NCBI GenBank assembly: GCA_951406725.2
Contig: OX597815.1
Location: 118,172,001 to 118,236,000 of the forward strand
Reading direction: 5' to 3'
Length of the DNA: 64,000 nucleotides
Source of the DNA: Octopus vulgaris
Lineage: Eukaryota
The notes beneath the pieces were generated by a model. The model had not been told where the DNA came from. It searched no databases and was given only the letters and a program-made list of their open reading frames with translations. This document shows, in pieces, positions 62,277 to 64,000 of this stretch; within the stretch, counting starts at the first letter, position 1; each line of letters opens with the position of its first letter. Both the position numbers and the translations under genes were made by a program.

Positions 62277-62703
62277 AATAATTGTAATAAAGAAGAAATA
62301 GTTTACCAATTTAGTAATAATTGCAATAAAAAAGAAATAGTTAACCAATGTATAGTTACTACACAATCGAGTAAAAGGGTTTATGTGGGCCTACCCCAAA
62401 ACCACATGAAATGTAGACTGAATTGCCACTTGTATACTTTTAGAAACAGAAATAGGAAGAAATTCCACTGGTTTAAGTAATTATATATGGGATCTTAAAA
62501 ATAAGAGTATTAGTTATGACCTCCACTGGAAAATTTTAGCCTCAGCTTCAGCGTATGGTTGAAGAAGGAATAATAAATGTTATTTGTGTATAAGTAAAAT
62601 CCTCTTTATATTAAAGGCCAACCTTCCTCTACTTAATAGTAAAAAAGAAAATAATGCATTCTGCCTTCCTAAAGCTAAACACACTTTCTCTAGGAATTAT
62701 TAA
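62277..62703 (+). pseudogene. Penelope-like retroelement GIY-YIG endonuclease remnant
   Basis: Manual translation: NNCNKEEIVYQ..CIVTTQSSKRVYVGLPQNHMKCRLNCHLYTFRNRNRK/NSTGLSNYIWDLKNKSISYDLHWKILASASAYG*RRNNKCYLCISKILFILKANLPLLNSKKENNAFC. IVY..YVG and C-terminal CxxC pattern typical of PLE endonucleases. One frameshift (about 62460), one stop (62560), and a 39-bp in-frame duplication. Confidence 0.8.
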
Positions 62704-63464
62704 TATTAATTGTTATTAGTATTACTTTCTCCTTTGATATTAACATATTGTTGGGACTCGACTCCACCTCCACAGTGTAAATCTTTATACCTCTTTGTCT
62801 GATTAAATATTTCTAGTACCTCTAAATCTATCCCACTTTATTTATTTGTCACTGGTCACTTATTCCTTAATTTTTGTTCTGAATTGCAAACATATCAACC
62901 CATAAGCATCATTATCTGTATTATACCCCTATGATTATTATAGGTAATATTACTTCCTTTTTTAGTCCCTTCCTTACCCCTTTTCCTAGTCTGAGCACTA
63001 TATATTGAACGTTATTTTTTTCCACTATATGTGTAAGGTAACCTATTCTATATACCATATATATTATTTTATTTATTTATATATATATTTCATTATTATA
63101 TATAGTTTCTCGTACCAGTCCTCCTGGGGGTGGTACTACATGTATTTCTAAGCATTTATCTGTGAATGTCGATTCATATACTTATTAATATTTATGTATG
63201 TAGGTGTATTCATATACATCTTATGACAAACTACTCCAAAAATTACATTCCTTTCATCTCTATCCTAATCTGAATAATGATTATTATAATTGCAATTAAC
63301 TTTACAACCTTATACATTTATAATACCACTTAGGTTCATTATTTTCCTTTAATCTCTGCCTCTAACCTAACCTGAATACCCTCTGTTCTTCTCTATAATT
63401 GAAATTAACCTTAAACTTATTTTAGTGCCTAATTTATTTATATATATATGTATATATGTATATT

Positions 63465-63506
<42 letters not shown>

Positions 63507-63608
63507 AATGTGTTATGGGTATTGCGAGTGTGAGTGTATGTGTGTGTATATGTATGCATATGAACATGGTCTTTTATTTTATTTTATCTTACTTTACCTT
63601 ATATATGC

Positions 63609-63644
<36 letters not shown>

Positions 63645-64000
63645 TTGTGTATAGAGGTATATGTGTGTGGGTGTGTAGGTGTTGTGTATCTGTGTGTATG
63701 TGTGTGTGTGTGTGAGAGTATGGATGGAGTGCATCTGTGTTTGTTGAGAATAAGCAAATATTCCTCCATATTCTATTATAATGTATCACACGGTTACCTC
63801 CCTTTAGCTTTAGTCCGTAATAATAAAACTATTTTCATTCATTTTTTTTTTTTCATTTTTTCTTTTCTCGTTCAGACACATAGTTTTCAATTAGAAATGT
63901 ATTCATGACAGAACAACATATCCCTAACCGCACGTACTATTTATTAACCCTCTTTGTATTTAAGACCCCTTAGACAATGCATTCCTTGAATATATATTTT

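Noticed and set aside
36420-64000. A second host gene downstream of QSOX
   Set aside because: No phase-consistent exon chain or non-transposon protein similarity recognised; small exons could have been missed.

Overview
AT-rich, microsatellite- and repeat-dense eukaryotic DNA. The SINE families and composition look like an octopus (coleoid cephalopod) genome; this is an inference. One host gene is present: a + strand quiescin sulfhydryl oxidase (QSOX). I traced 9 coding exons from 4943 to 36398 with consistent GT-AG phases, giving about 588 aa. The first coding exon (signal peptide and Trx1 CxxC) is not in the window. The rest is transposon-derived: tRNA-type SINEs, RTE/CR1/R4-like LINE fragments, mariner, hAT, piggyBac and Tigger-like elements, non-autonomous Helitrons, and two Penelope-like GIY-YIG endonuclease remnants. 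The most notable signal is a set of small, (TA)n-associated and often fold-back elements carrying minimal type I hammerhead ribozyme (HHR) motifs from at least five sequence families. One family has a G3:C8 covariant core (GUGAACA). It occurs as an intact solo copy (52161-52211) and as a four-unit tandem array in sense orientation inside a QSOX intron (3671-4130). All structures were folded by eye, and no catalytic activity is demonstrated.
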